DNA of 59,534 nt, the filler included, from Basidiobolus meristosporus CBS 931.73 (Eukaryota; Fungi; Basidiobolomycota), in assembly GCA_002104905.1 (NCBI GenBank). It is 3 parts of 3 records of this genome, joined end to end, with 100 filler letters (N's around TTAATTAATTAA, not from the genome) between each part and the next. Parts side by side here need not be neighbours in the genome. Positions count along the whole stretch, not along the records: positions 48,637 to 59,534 come from MCFE01001291.1; 2 more parts are not named here. The stretch is one strand, 5' to 3'. Made by a program: the position numbers and the translations under genes. Of this stretch, positions 48,700 to 59,534 are shown in pieces; positions within the stretch are counted from its first letter, which is position 1, and every line of letters starts with the position of its first letter. Under the pieces are notes generated by a model. It searched no databases. It had not been told where the DNA came from and was given only the letters and a program-made list of their open reading frames with translations.

Positions 48700-49620
48700 C
48701 TGCAATTGACATACTTATAACATCTCAGCTTTACAGCTCTTTAGTGTGATACTTGCAAAGTTGCCATATACCTTGTACTGCTGGTAACATATACATCTTG
48801 CAAACATATGCTTGGTTGTTGCCACTTCTGCCATGAATACCTTCTGATTATCCGCAAAGAACTTCTTGGTATTTAGCCAATATATTCCTTCTCTGTGCTG
48901 GGTTTGAGTCCCCCTTACAGGTGTGCTCTGGCTCTTGTTTGTCTGAATTCTGTATTGAATGGTGTAGAAGTTGGCTTGTGACCAAGAGAAATCCAGCATA
49001 CCTTGGTAGAGTTTTCCTAGTAAAAATTAGTTGCCTGTTGCACCCAACCCAACTTTGCATTATTTAACTGATTACCCTTGCATTGGGGCTGCTTAGCTTC
49101 TTAATGCCATAGGCATAGGTGTCTCCATGTGCACATTTGTCCTCAGTATTTTCCAGCTTATCATGGCTGTCCTCCATGTGCCAACTCATGACATTCATGA
49201 TGGACTTGAAGGTAATATTCTTGATGAAATTAGAATATGGTAGTACCTGCCACTTGACTTGTCTTCCCATCTCCCCACACATTTGCTCCTTAAGAAACTC
49301 CCAAAAGGTGAAGCAAGGCCCAATATTCTCCACACACCATGCAAGATGGAGTAGAGAATGGATACAGTAGCAGCAGAGATTTACATGTTCAGCTTTATGC
49401 TTGTAGTATAGCTGCTCAAATCCCATCACAAACTACTCACACAACAGCTGTAGATGCATCAAGTTGGCATTGGTGATTTGCTTCTGGATAAATATTGCTA
49501 CAATGTCCACATATGACTCCCAATGCTTCCAATGTACTCTTAATAGGAATGGCTTCAGAATGCCACTTGAATAAATACATATCCAGTTCATTCTATCTTT
49601 GCATTTGTATTGTTGCATAT
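48700..49620 (-). pseudogene. CACTA/En-Spm (CMC)-like transposase remnant
   Basis: HWESYVDIV...FEQLYY...IHSLLHL...IGPCFTFWEF..E.MCG...VK...PYSN resembles the conserved C-terminal half of fungal tnp2-type transposases (recognised from memory). Confidence 0.65.
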
Positions 49621-49659
49621 GAGTATGAATACAACTTATTCAATTTTCATGAACTGGGT

Positions 49660-49794
49660 ATCAGATATTTTGGTGAAAATATTCTGAGTAAATCCTAACA
49701 AGGAATTTGGAAGGTATTCTCCGAGATTGTTAGATATTTATCTAAGTGACTAAGCCAGGTGAATATTCAGGTGAGATTACAAGTTCTTACAACA
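49660..49794 (-). repeat. Copia LTR 5' fragment
   Basis: Matches about 16130-16258 and ends TTACAACA on the plus strand. Confidence 0.75.
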
Positions 49795-51966
49795 GAATTA
49801 ATGTCAATTTGAGCTCCCTGAGTAAGTTGACAATGGTGTGTGTCAATATGCGCTTGTGTTTATGGACTCCTTCCTACATATATAAATTGCAGATTTTTGT
49901 GTGATATTATGGTAACTCTCAGTACTTACGTAATTCAAGAAATTAGTAGATAACTGAAATGCAGTCAGCCACTTCACACATCCAAATCTCTCTATCAAGA
50001 TAATGGTTGCTAATGCAGAGGTTGATCTGGCAACATTCATTACTTGTTGAAATTAAAATTTTGGAAGTAGTCTGGCTGGACACTTGGCTCTTACTGTGAG
50101 ATTACGGGCATATCACAAAAATAGCCACGGCCCTGGATTATGCTCAAACATTTGTAGCACCCTCCCCAACAGATTTATACAACACACCGAGTCAGAAAGT
50201 GGAAACCACTTCCAAGGCATCGCCCACTTCCGCGACAAAATTTTGGCCCTCGCCCACTTATGAGTAATGGGCCTAAAAGCATAGGACAAATAGGCTCCAG
50301 GTTAAACTTTGCAAAAGTATGATAACAGACCAGGTGGAAGGTCAGAATAGTTTAAGTATCTAGTGTCTTCTATATTGGTTGGTGGCTTTCCATCTTTATG
50401 GATTTCCATAATTCGGAGGAAGTGACTGGCACTGCCAAGAATGACAAGTGGAATTGTGGAATATGGAGAAAAGAAACTGGCCCCTGCATTTGGATTCGAC
50501 TGGATCACCGCATGAAGACCAATTCCAAACATTAAAGCATTAAAATTGCCGGATCTAGTAGGTTGATAGGCAAAGGTGCTGTTCTCTGAGAACCACTGAT
50601 GTGTATTTGTTTTTATTCTGCAGATTAACCATCAAACCTATACAATATGACGGCTGCACACTTCCATGCTTGTAGATTAGGCAGATTGGGCGATATGAGG
50701 TATTTAGAAACTGTTTACCAATTTTAGCACTCAAAATTACCAGGATATCAGTGACTGGGGGTCAGGATTCCAGCACCCCGATCATTAGCATGCTGAGACA
50801 TTCGGTACAAAAGGCTTATCGCGATAAATATGCACAACCAGTTCACTGGGCATTAAATCGGCATTGCTGTACCGAATGTATATCAAGGCCTGGTAATTGG
50901 GTAACCAACCAACACCTAATATTAATATATCTAAAAGTAAAAGTAGCCAAAAGGGATAATCACATCCGAAATAGCCAACAGTGTATATTCAGATGTTCCT
51001 TCATTTTTGCCACGTCTGATTTTCAAACACTGATCTGGGAACAGGAAGCACGTGTGGCCGAATACGGGATCGGTTCCCATATTGGGGAAATCCAACATCA
51101 TCAACCCTGGAATTACCAACAAATTGGTACATGGCTTTCATGGTGCCCCACGCCAGATTGTGGGAAATCCTTCGTGAGTCTTATCAATACCAGTAAGGCA
51201 GCCATGCATTGATCCTTCTACAACCAGTTGATACGACTATTATCGCAATGTATCCTGGGTATATGCCGGAGCTCATGAAGTGATTCAGCGCCATTAATCA
51301 TTATCACAATGTGGTTGCACATTGGCCATGATTACCTGTGAGCTGTGAGACGAGAAGTTATACCTGATAGCGTTCCTGTGTAATACGCGTACTTAATAGT
51401 TGTGCGTTAATATTAGTGGACTTTGTCAATACAACCCCACAAGCTGTAGAGCTGATTCCAAAACAACTTGGACCACAACAGGCCATATTCCATGCGTGAT
51501 ACTCCGAAAGAATTGGGTTTATTATAGAATTATCATTCTTTCCTACATTATCTAATGAATCAAACGCGATACTCAATGGAGGAATACACATCTCACACAA
51601 TCATTTACATTTGGTACTAGGTTTGCTGGTCAGTCCAATAAGATGTGCCGCTCTCATAAATCAGACCATCTAATGGACTTTGAGCAGTGTACCCTCATTC
51701 ACGGTCTTCCACAAAATGTTCGTATGCGGGAGAAAGTGGAAAAGCATTTTTGTTACAAACTAACCTACAACTGCAAAATATCTACCTTGAGGCTAGGTCC
51801 AGTTGGTATTTGCTCATTAGTATGAAAAAATTCATACAGCTTCTGTTTATTTAATAAAGAATACGATTTCGGTCCACTGGCAAACAAATTGTTAAACTTT
51901 TAGTCTAGCCAGGCCGAGAATCTATTAGTAGAGTACGAACATCCGATACCTGGAGTTCTATAGGAA

Positions 51967-54900
51967 TCACTTCCAATCGCAAATAATAGATTGGCCGTGA
52001 GTCTTACAAACCGTACCGCTTGCACAATGATTTTGAATCAGACGTCCATTGCTGCAGACGAAAAAGACTGCCGAAGTACCCGATTGCAGACAACTATACT
52101 GACCATCGGTACACACCCTATGGTTAGCGGCCCGGGAATGAATCTCTTCCCGGGTAACCGTCATGGTTTGAATGCTATGCAATGTAACAGTTTGAATAGT
52201 AGTAACCGTAACCAGATTAATATCGGTGACAGACACAGTCAGAGTGGACGTAGCACAGCCAGGGGCACACGTGATGGCGGATGAAATTGGAATACCTAGA
52301 AAATATTCCTGTCAGAAAGATGCACAAATTGTAGCCCGTAAAATAAATACTTACCGCTTACTGGAGGGGAATAGGTTAAAGCATTTGGAATGATATGGGC
52401 ACCGCCTCCTACAGAAACCGTGGGCTGAGCTCTGACAGTGTGGTCCTTGAGAGTAGACACCTTGCCATCAATCTCTGTAATAGTAACTGTGTGCGCACCA
52501 CTTTCAACGGACAGAGTTGGTTGAACGCTAATATTGTGGTCAATGACAGTGTGAACCTTGCCATCAATCTCAGTAATGATAACGGTGTGAGCGCCGCTCT
52601 CAACTGAAACAGTAGGATGAATAGTGACAGTACGGTCAATGACAGTGTGAGCATCACTTTCAATGGAAAGAGTTGGTTGATCAGTAATACTGCGGTCAAC
52701 GACAGTGTGAACCTTGCCATCAGTCTCAGTAATGGTGACAGTGCGAGCACCGGTCTTAACGGCAATAGTAGGCTGGGTAGTGACAGTACGGTCAACGACG
52801 GTGTGAACCTTGCCGACGGTATCGGTAATTGTAACAGTGCGAGCACCGCTCTCAACGGAAGCAGTAGGCTGAGCAGTTACAGTGCGGTCAATGACAGTGT
52901 GAACCTTACCATCAGTCTCTGTGATGGTAACAGTACGAGCACCGCTCTCAGCCGAAACAGAAGGCTGAACAGTAACAGTAAGGTCAACGATGGTGTTAAC
53001 CCTGCCGTCAGTCTCTGTAATGGCAACTGTGCGAGCACTGCTCTCAACAGAAACAGAGGGTTGAATAGTGACAGTGCGGTCAACGACAGTGTGTACCTTG
53101 CCATCAGTCTCAGTAATGGTAACAGTGCGAACACCGCTCTCAGCGGAAACTGTAGGTTGAACAGGGACAGTACCGTCAATGACAGTGTATACCTTGCCAT
53201 CAGTCTCTGTGATGGTAACAGTGCGAGCACCGCTCTCAACGGAGACAGTAGGTTCAACAGTGACAGTGCGGTCAACGACAGTGTGAACCTTGCCGTCGGT
53301 CTCGGTAATGGTAAGTGTGCGAGCACCGCTCTTAACGGAAACAATAGGCTGAGCAGTAACGGTACGGTCAATGACAGTGTGAACCCTGCCGTCAGTCTCG
53401 GTAATGGTAACAGTGCGAGCACCGCTCTCAACGGAGACAGTAGGCTCAACAGTGACAGTGCGGTCAACGATAGTGTGAACCTTGCCGTCGGTCTCTGTAA
53501 TGGTGAGTGTGCTAGCACCGCTTTCAACGGAAACAGTAGGCTGAGCAGTTACAGTACGGTCAACGACGGTGTGAGCCCTGTCGTCAGTCTCTGTAATGGT
53601 AACTGTGCGAGCACTGCTCTCAACAGAAACGGAGGGTTGAATAGTGACAGTGCGGTCAACGACAGTGTGAACCTTGCCGTCGGTCTCGATAATGGTAACA
53701 GTGCGAGCACCGCTCTCAACGGAGCCAGAAGGCTCAACAGTGACAGTGCGGTCAACGACAGTGTGTACCTTGCCATCAGTATCTGTGATGGTAACAGTGC
53801 GAGCACCGCTCTCAACGGAAACAGTAGGTTGAACAGTGACAGTGCGGTCAATGACAGTATGAATCTTGCCATCAGTCTCTGCGATGGTAACAGTGCGAGC
53901 ACCGCTTTTAACGGAAACAGTAGGCTGAACAATGGCAGTGCGGTCAATGACAGTGTGAACCTTGCCGTCGGTCTCTGTAATGGTAACTGTGCGAGCACCG
54001 CTCTCAACGGAAACAGTAGGCTGAGCAGTGACAGTGCGGTCAACGATAGTGTGAACCTTGCCGTCGGTCTCTGTAATGGTGACTGTGCGAGCACCGCTCT
54101 CAACGGAAACTGTAGGCTGAGCAGTTACAGTACGGTCAACGACGGTGTGAACCCTGCCGTCAGTCTCTGTAATAGTAACTGTGCGAGCACTGCTCTCAAC
54201 GGAAACGGAGGGTTGAATAGTGACAGTGCGGTCAACGATAGTGTGAACCTTGCCGTCGGTCTCTGTTATGGTAACTGTGCGAGCACCGCTCTTAACGGAA
54301 ACCGCAGGTCGAACAGTGACAGTACGGTCATTGACAGTGTGTACCTTGCCATCAGTCTCTGTGATGGTGACAGTGCGAACACCGCTCTCAACGGAAACAG
54401 TAGGCTCAACAGTGACAGTGCGGTCAACGACAGTGTGAACCTTGCCGTCAGTCTCTGTAATGGTAACTGTGCGAGCACTGCTCTTAACGGAAACAGTAGG
54501 CTGAGCAGTTACAGTACGGTCAATGACAGTGTGAACCTTGCCGTCGGTCTCTGTGATGGTAACAGTGCGAACACCGCTCTCAACGGAAACAGTAGGCTCA
54601 ACAGTGACAGTGCGGTCGACAACAGTGTGAACCTTGCCGTCAGTCTCTGTAATGGTAACTGTGCGAGCACCGCTCTTAACAGAAACAGTAGGCTGAGCAG
54701 TTACAGTACGGTCAATGACAGTGTGTACCTTGCCGTCGGTCTCGGTAATGGTAACTGTGCGAGCACCGCTCTTAACGGAAACAGTAGGCTGAGCAGTTAC
54801 AGTACGGTCAATGACAGTGTGAACCCTGCCGTCAGTCTCGGTAATGGTAACAGTGCGAGCACCGCTCTTAACGGAAACAGTAGGCTCAACAGTGACAGTG

Positions 54901-57900
54901 CGGTCAACCACAGTGTGTACCTTGCCATCAGTCTCTGTAATGGTAACAGTGCGAGCACCGCTCTCAACGGAAACAGTAGGCTCAACAGTGACAGTGCGGT
55001 CAACGACAGTGTGAACCTTGCCGTCGGTCTCTGTAATGGTAACTGTGCGAGCACCGCTCTTAACGGAAACAGTAGGCTGAGCAGTTACAGTACGGTCAAT
55101 GACAGTGTGAACCTTGCCGTCGGTCTCCGTAATGATAACAGTGCGAGCACCGCTCTTAACGGAAACAGTAGGCTCAACAGTGACAGTGCGGTCAATGACA
55201 GTGTGAACCTTGCCGTCGGTCTCTGTAATGGTAACTGTGCGAGCACCGCTCTCAACGGAAACAGTAGGCTTAACAGTGACAGTGCGGTCAACGACAGTGT
55301 GAACCTTGCCGTCGGTCTCTGTAATGGTAACTGTGCGAGCACCGCTCTCAACGGAAACAGTAGGCTGAGCAGTTACAGTACGGTCAATGATAGTGTGAAC
55401 CTTGCCGTCGGTCTCCGTAATGGTAACAGTGCGAGCACCGCTCTTAACGGAAACAGTAGGCTCAACAGTGACAGTGCGGTCAACGACAGTGTGTACCTTG
55501 CCATCAGTCTCTGTGATGGTGACAGTGCGAGTACCGCTCTCAACGGAAACAGTAGGCTTAACAGTGACAGTGCGGTCAACGACAGTGTGAACCTTGCCGT
55601 CAGTCTCTGTAATGGTAACAGTGCGAGCACCGCTCTCAACGGAAACAGTAGGCTGAGCAGTTACAGTACGGTCAATGATAGTGTGTACCTTGCCGTCGGT
55701 CTCGGTAATGGTAACTGTGCGAGCACCGCTCTCAGCGGAAACAGTAGGCTGAGCAGTTACAGTACGGTCAATGATAGTGTGAACCTTTCCGTCGGTCTCG
55801 GTAATGGTAACTGTGCGAGCACCGCTCTTAACGGAAACAGTAGGCTGAGCAGTTACAGTACGGTCAATGACAGTGTGAACCTTGCCGTCGGTCTCCGTAA
55901 TGGTAACAGTGCGAGCACCGCTCTCAACGGAAACAGTAGGCTGAGCAGTTACAGTACGGTCAATGACAGTGTGAACCCTGCCGTCAGTCTCGGTAATGGT
56001 AACAGTGCGAGCACCGCTCTTAACGGAAACAGTAGGCTCAACAGTGACAGTGCGGTCAACCACAGTGTATACCTTGCCATCAGTCTCTGTAATGGTAACA
56101 GTGCGAGCACCGCTCTCAACGGAAACAGTAGGCTCAACAGTGACAGTGCGGTCAACGACAGTGTGAACCTTGCCGTCGGTCTCTGTAATGGTAACTGTGC
56201 GAGCACCGCTCTCAACGGAAACAGTAGGCTGAGCAGTTACAGTACGGTCAATGACAGTGTGAACCTTGCCGTCGGTCTCCGTAATGGTAACAGTGCGAGC
56301 ACCGCTCTTAACGGAAACAGTAGGCTCAACAGTGACAGTGCGGTCAACCACAGTGTGTACCTTGCCATCAGTCTCTGTAATGGTAACAGTGCGAGCACCG
56401 CTCTCAACGGAAACAGTAGGCTCAACAGTGATAGTGCGGTCAACGACAGTGTGAACCTTGCCGTCGGTCTCTGTAATGGTAACTGTGCGAGCACCGCTCT
56501 CAACGGAAACAGTAGGCTGAGCAGTTACAGTACGGTCAATGATAGTGTGAACCTTGCCGTCGGTCTCCGTAATGGTAACAGTGCGAGCACCGCTCTTAAC
56601 GGAAACAGTAGGCTCAACAGTGACAGTGCGGTCAACGACAGTGTGTACCTTGCCATCAGTCTCTGTGATGGTGACAGTGCGAGTACCGCTCTCAACGGAA
56701 ACAGTAGGCTTAACAGTGACAGTGCGGTCAACGACAGTGTGAACCTTGCCGTCAGTCTCTGTAATGGTAACAGTGCGAGCACCGCTCTCAACGGAAACAG
56801 TAGGCTGAGCAGTTACAGTACGGTCAATGACAGTGTGTACCTTGCCGTCGGTCTCGGTAATGGTAACTGTGCGAGCACCGCTCTCAGCGGAAACAGTAGG
56901 CTGAGCAGTTACAGTACGGTCAATGACAGTGTGAACCTTGCCGTCGGTCTCGGTAATTGTAACAGTGCGAGCACCGCTCTCAACGGAAACAGTAGGCTCA
57001 ACAGTAACAGTGCGGTCAACGACAGTGTGAACCTTGCCGTCAGTCTCGGTAATTGTAACAGTGCGAGCACCGCTCTCAGCGGAAACAGTAGGCTGAGCAG
57101 TTACAGTACGGTCAATGACAGTGTGAACCTTGCCGTCAGTCTCGGTAATTGTAACAGTGCGAGCACCCCTCTCAACGGAAACAGTAGGCTCAACAGTGAC
57201 AGTGCGGTCAACGACAGTGTGAACCTTGCCGTCGGTCTCTGTAATGGTAACTGTACGAGCACCGCTCTCAACGGAAACAGTAGGCTCAACAGTGATAGTG
57301 CGATCAATGACAGTGTGAACCTTGCCGTCAGTCTCGGTAATTGTAAGAGTGCGAGCACCCTCTCAACGGAAACAGTAGGCTCAACAGTGACAGTGCGGTC
57401 AACGACAGTGTGAACCTTGCCGTCGGTCTCTGTAATGGTAACTGTACGAGCACCGCTCTCAACGGAAACAGTAGGCTCAACAGTGATAGTGCGATCAATG
57501 ACAGTGTGAACCTTGCCGTCAGTCTCTGTAATGGTTACTGTGCGAGCACCGGTCTTAACGGAAACAGTAGGCTCAACAGTTACAGTACGATCAACGACGG
57601 TGTGAACCTTGCCGTCGGTCTCGGTAATGGTAACCGTGCGAGCACCGCTCTCAACGGAAACGGTAGGCTCAACAGTGACAGTGCGGTCAACGACAGTATG
57701 AACCTTGCCGTCAGTCTCTGTAATAGTAACTGTGCGGGCACCGCTTTCAACGGAAACAGTTGGATGAACGGTAATAGTCCGGTCAACGACAGTATGGACC
57801 TTTCCATCTGTCTCGGTAACGGTAATTGTGCGAGCACCACCTTTAACGGAAATCGTAGGATGTAAGGTAAAGGTGCTGTCAATAATAGTGCGGACTGAGT

Positions 57901-59533
57901 CTCCTGATTCAGTTACGGTCACTGTCGGTGCTGAGATCGTTATATCGACTGAAGTTTTGCTTTGTAATGTTACGATGCTGGCCACATTTTCCGTTACAGA
58001 ATGCGTATAGGTTGCTGTTGGTTCGGTGATGGTTACTGGAGGCTCTGTTACTGTAATGCCCACGGATTTATGGTGTTGAATGGTCACCTCCTCCGAAATA
58101 TTCTTTGTAACAGTGTGCTTATACGTTACTGTTGGCTCGGTTATAGTGATTGTAGGCGGGGTGATTGTTATATTGACCGATGACTCGTGTTGGATGGTCA
58201 TCTCGCGCGATGATGTTTCAGTAACTGTATGCTTGTATGTTGCTGCTGGCTTAGTGGTAGTTGTTGTTGGTTTCGCAGCGGTAATTTCCACAGTTGTGCC
58301 ATGTTGAATTGTGACTACTTTTGAAATCCCCTTTGTAACTGAGTGTTTATCGGTTATCGTAGGTAAAGTTACAGTAATAGTTGGTTCGGTAACTGTCACG
58401 TTAGCTGAAGTGTTCGGTTGGATGGTCACCTCTTTGGATGCTTTCTGGGTCACGGAATGCTCGTATGTCAGTGTAGGTGCAGTGATGGTCAAGGTTGGCT
58501 CAGTCACGGTAACATCAATCGACTTACGGTGTTGGATAGTCACCTTCTTGGTTTCTCCGGTCGTAATTGAGTTCGTATATGTCACTGTGGGTTTACTTAC
58601 TGTAACAGTCGGTTCAGTGATTGTTACATCAATCGAAGTCTCGCGTCGAATGGTCACTACGTCTGATGGTTTATCAGTCACGGAACGTTTGAGAGTCAAT
58701 GTTGGCTCAGTGACCGTAATTGTTGGTTCCGTAATAGTAACTTCAACTGAAGTAACATGCTGAACGGTCACAATCTCCGAATTCTTCTTAGTAACCGATT
58801 GCTTATATGTCAAAGTAGGTTCAGTAACTGTTACAGTCGGCTCAGTGATTGTTGTAGTAACTGAAGTTTCAGGTTGAATGGTCACCCAGCTGGATGGTTC
58901 GACAGTTACGGAATGTTTGTAAGTTAACGTTGGCTCAGTGACGGTAACTGTTGGTTCGGTAATAGTAACTTCAATGGAAGCTTCATGCTGAACTGTAACT
59001 TCCTTCGAAGCCTCTATAGTAATAGAGTGCATAATGGTAACTGCTGGCTCAGTAACTCTGCCCGTTTCCTTGGAATTAATGCTACGATGCTTGTTTGACT
59101 CAGTGCGATGGTGTTCACTATAGTGAGGCTTTTCGGTCTCAATCGACTCTGACTCATGGCGTTCACGGGAGTGAGGGTTACTGGCCTTCTTAGACTCACT
59201 GTGATGGCGCTCGCTTGAGTGAAGCTTCTCAGTTGCCTTAGACTCTGGCTGATGATGACCACTTTGGTGAGGCTGCTCAGTCTCCTTAGACTCTGTGTGC
59301 TGGCGCTCGCTTGAGTGAGGCTTCTCAGTTGCCTTAGACTCTGACTGATGGTGTTCACTGGAGTGAGGCTTCTCAGTCTCCTTGGACTCTGTGTGCTGGC
59401 GCTCGCTTGAGTGAGGCTTCTCAGTTGTCTTAGACTCTGACTGATGGTGTTCACTTGAGTGAGGCTTCTCAGTCTCTTTGGACTCTGTGTGCTGGCGCTC
59501 GCTTGAGTGAGGTTTCTCAGTTGCCTTAGACTC
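51967..59533 (-). CDS. Giant Thr/Val-rich tandem-repeat protein with a C-terminal 6-Cys CBM19-like domain (5'-partial, >2,400 aa; exons >59533-52355 and 52295-51967; 1-bp frameshift at about 57358-57360); putative cell-wall or adhesin-like protein
   Basis: The frame is open from 59533 to about 57360, then (one base restored) to 52355. The intron splices in frame to GIPISSAITCAPGC...VCTDGQYSCLQSGTSAVFFVCSNGRLIQNHCASGTVCKTHGQSIICDWK*. Confidence 0.8.
52296..52354 (-). other. 59-bp spliceosomal intron
   Basis: Donor G|GTAAGT, CTGAC branch-like motif and TTTTCTAG| acceptor. Phase-1 splicing joins two open frames. Confidence 0.85.
52400..57860 (-). repeat. Coding tandem array, 96-bp/32-aa unit x ~56 (TVTITETDGKVHTVVDRTVTVEPTVSVESGAR)
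   Basis: Directly visible periodicity; units are near-identical at 54.4-57.4 kb and more divergent toward 52.4 kb. Confidence 0.97.
57860..59040 (-). repeat. Coding tandem array, ~114-bp/38-aa degenerate unit x ~10 (IEVTITEPTVTVTEPTLTYKHSVTVEPSSWVTIQPETS-like)
   Basis: Translation of ORF 57101-59032 aligns in 38-residue register. Confidence 0.85.
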
Positions 59534-59534
59534 T
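59100..59534 (-). repeat. Coding tandem array, 48-bp/16-aa His/Ser/Glu/Lys unit alternating as a 96-bp pair (ESKATEKPHSSERQHT / ESKETEKPHSSEHHQS)
   Basis: Manual translation from 59533 in the same frame as ORF 57101-59032 (offset 501 bp), with no stops. Confidence 0.85.

Noticed and set aside
51130-51175. CPTPDCGKSF as the start of a C2H2 zinc finger
   Set aside because: No correctly spaced His pair follows, either unspliced or after the apparent intron.
51060-51640. Cytochrome P450-like fragments (VPILGK, FTFGTR)
   Set aside because: Motifs are too short and too close together, and the heme-ligand Cys is absent.
52617-57413. 1,598-aa plus-strand Asn/Ser-rich ORF, its continuation 57410-57865 and the many Leu/Arg-rich minus-strand ORFs
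   Set aside because: Shadow frames of the 96-bp array. A unit without stops in a frame stays open across all units. Only the Thr/Val frame splices to the Cys domain and continues into the upstream repeats.
52400-57860. CRISPR array or non-coding satellite
   Set aside because: No unique spacers. Variation is largely codon-structured and the frame is preserved, so it is a coding repeat.
59014-59454. 146-aa ORF SQSLRQLRSLTQAS...
   Set aside because: Alternative frame of the His-rich repeat; the frame continuous with the main CDS is also open and more plausible.

Overview
Eukaryotic genomic DNA, probably fungal. An early-diverging lineage is my inference from a 59-bp GT-AG intron and a C-terminal CBM19-like cysteine domain. 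There are two ~100-bp assembly gaps. About 1-50 kb is a nested transposon graveyard. It holds three copies of a ~3.4-kb two-gene PHIS-superfamily (PIF/Harbinger-ISL2EU-like) DNA transposon with AGACTTGTTCC termini and AAT target duplications, inserted into a Ty3/gypsy element and into each other. It also holds at least six copies or fragments of one Ty1/copia family with a half-tRNA-type PBS, a second gypsy family (about 7 LTRs and one 781-aa gag-pol ORF), three TSD-flanked solo LTRs, CACTA-like remnants and an unclassified decayed repeat. The TE copies show CpG-directed decay. About 52-59.5 kb is the 3' part of one giant minus-strand gene (>2,400 aa, N-terminus outside the window). It is built from three tandem-repeat classes (His/Ser/Glu 16-mers, ~10 x 38-aa and ~56 x 32-aa Thr/Val repeats), then an intron and a 6-Cys putative chitin-binding domain. 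All calls were read by eye, no database search was run, and identity figures are approximate.
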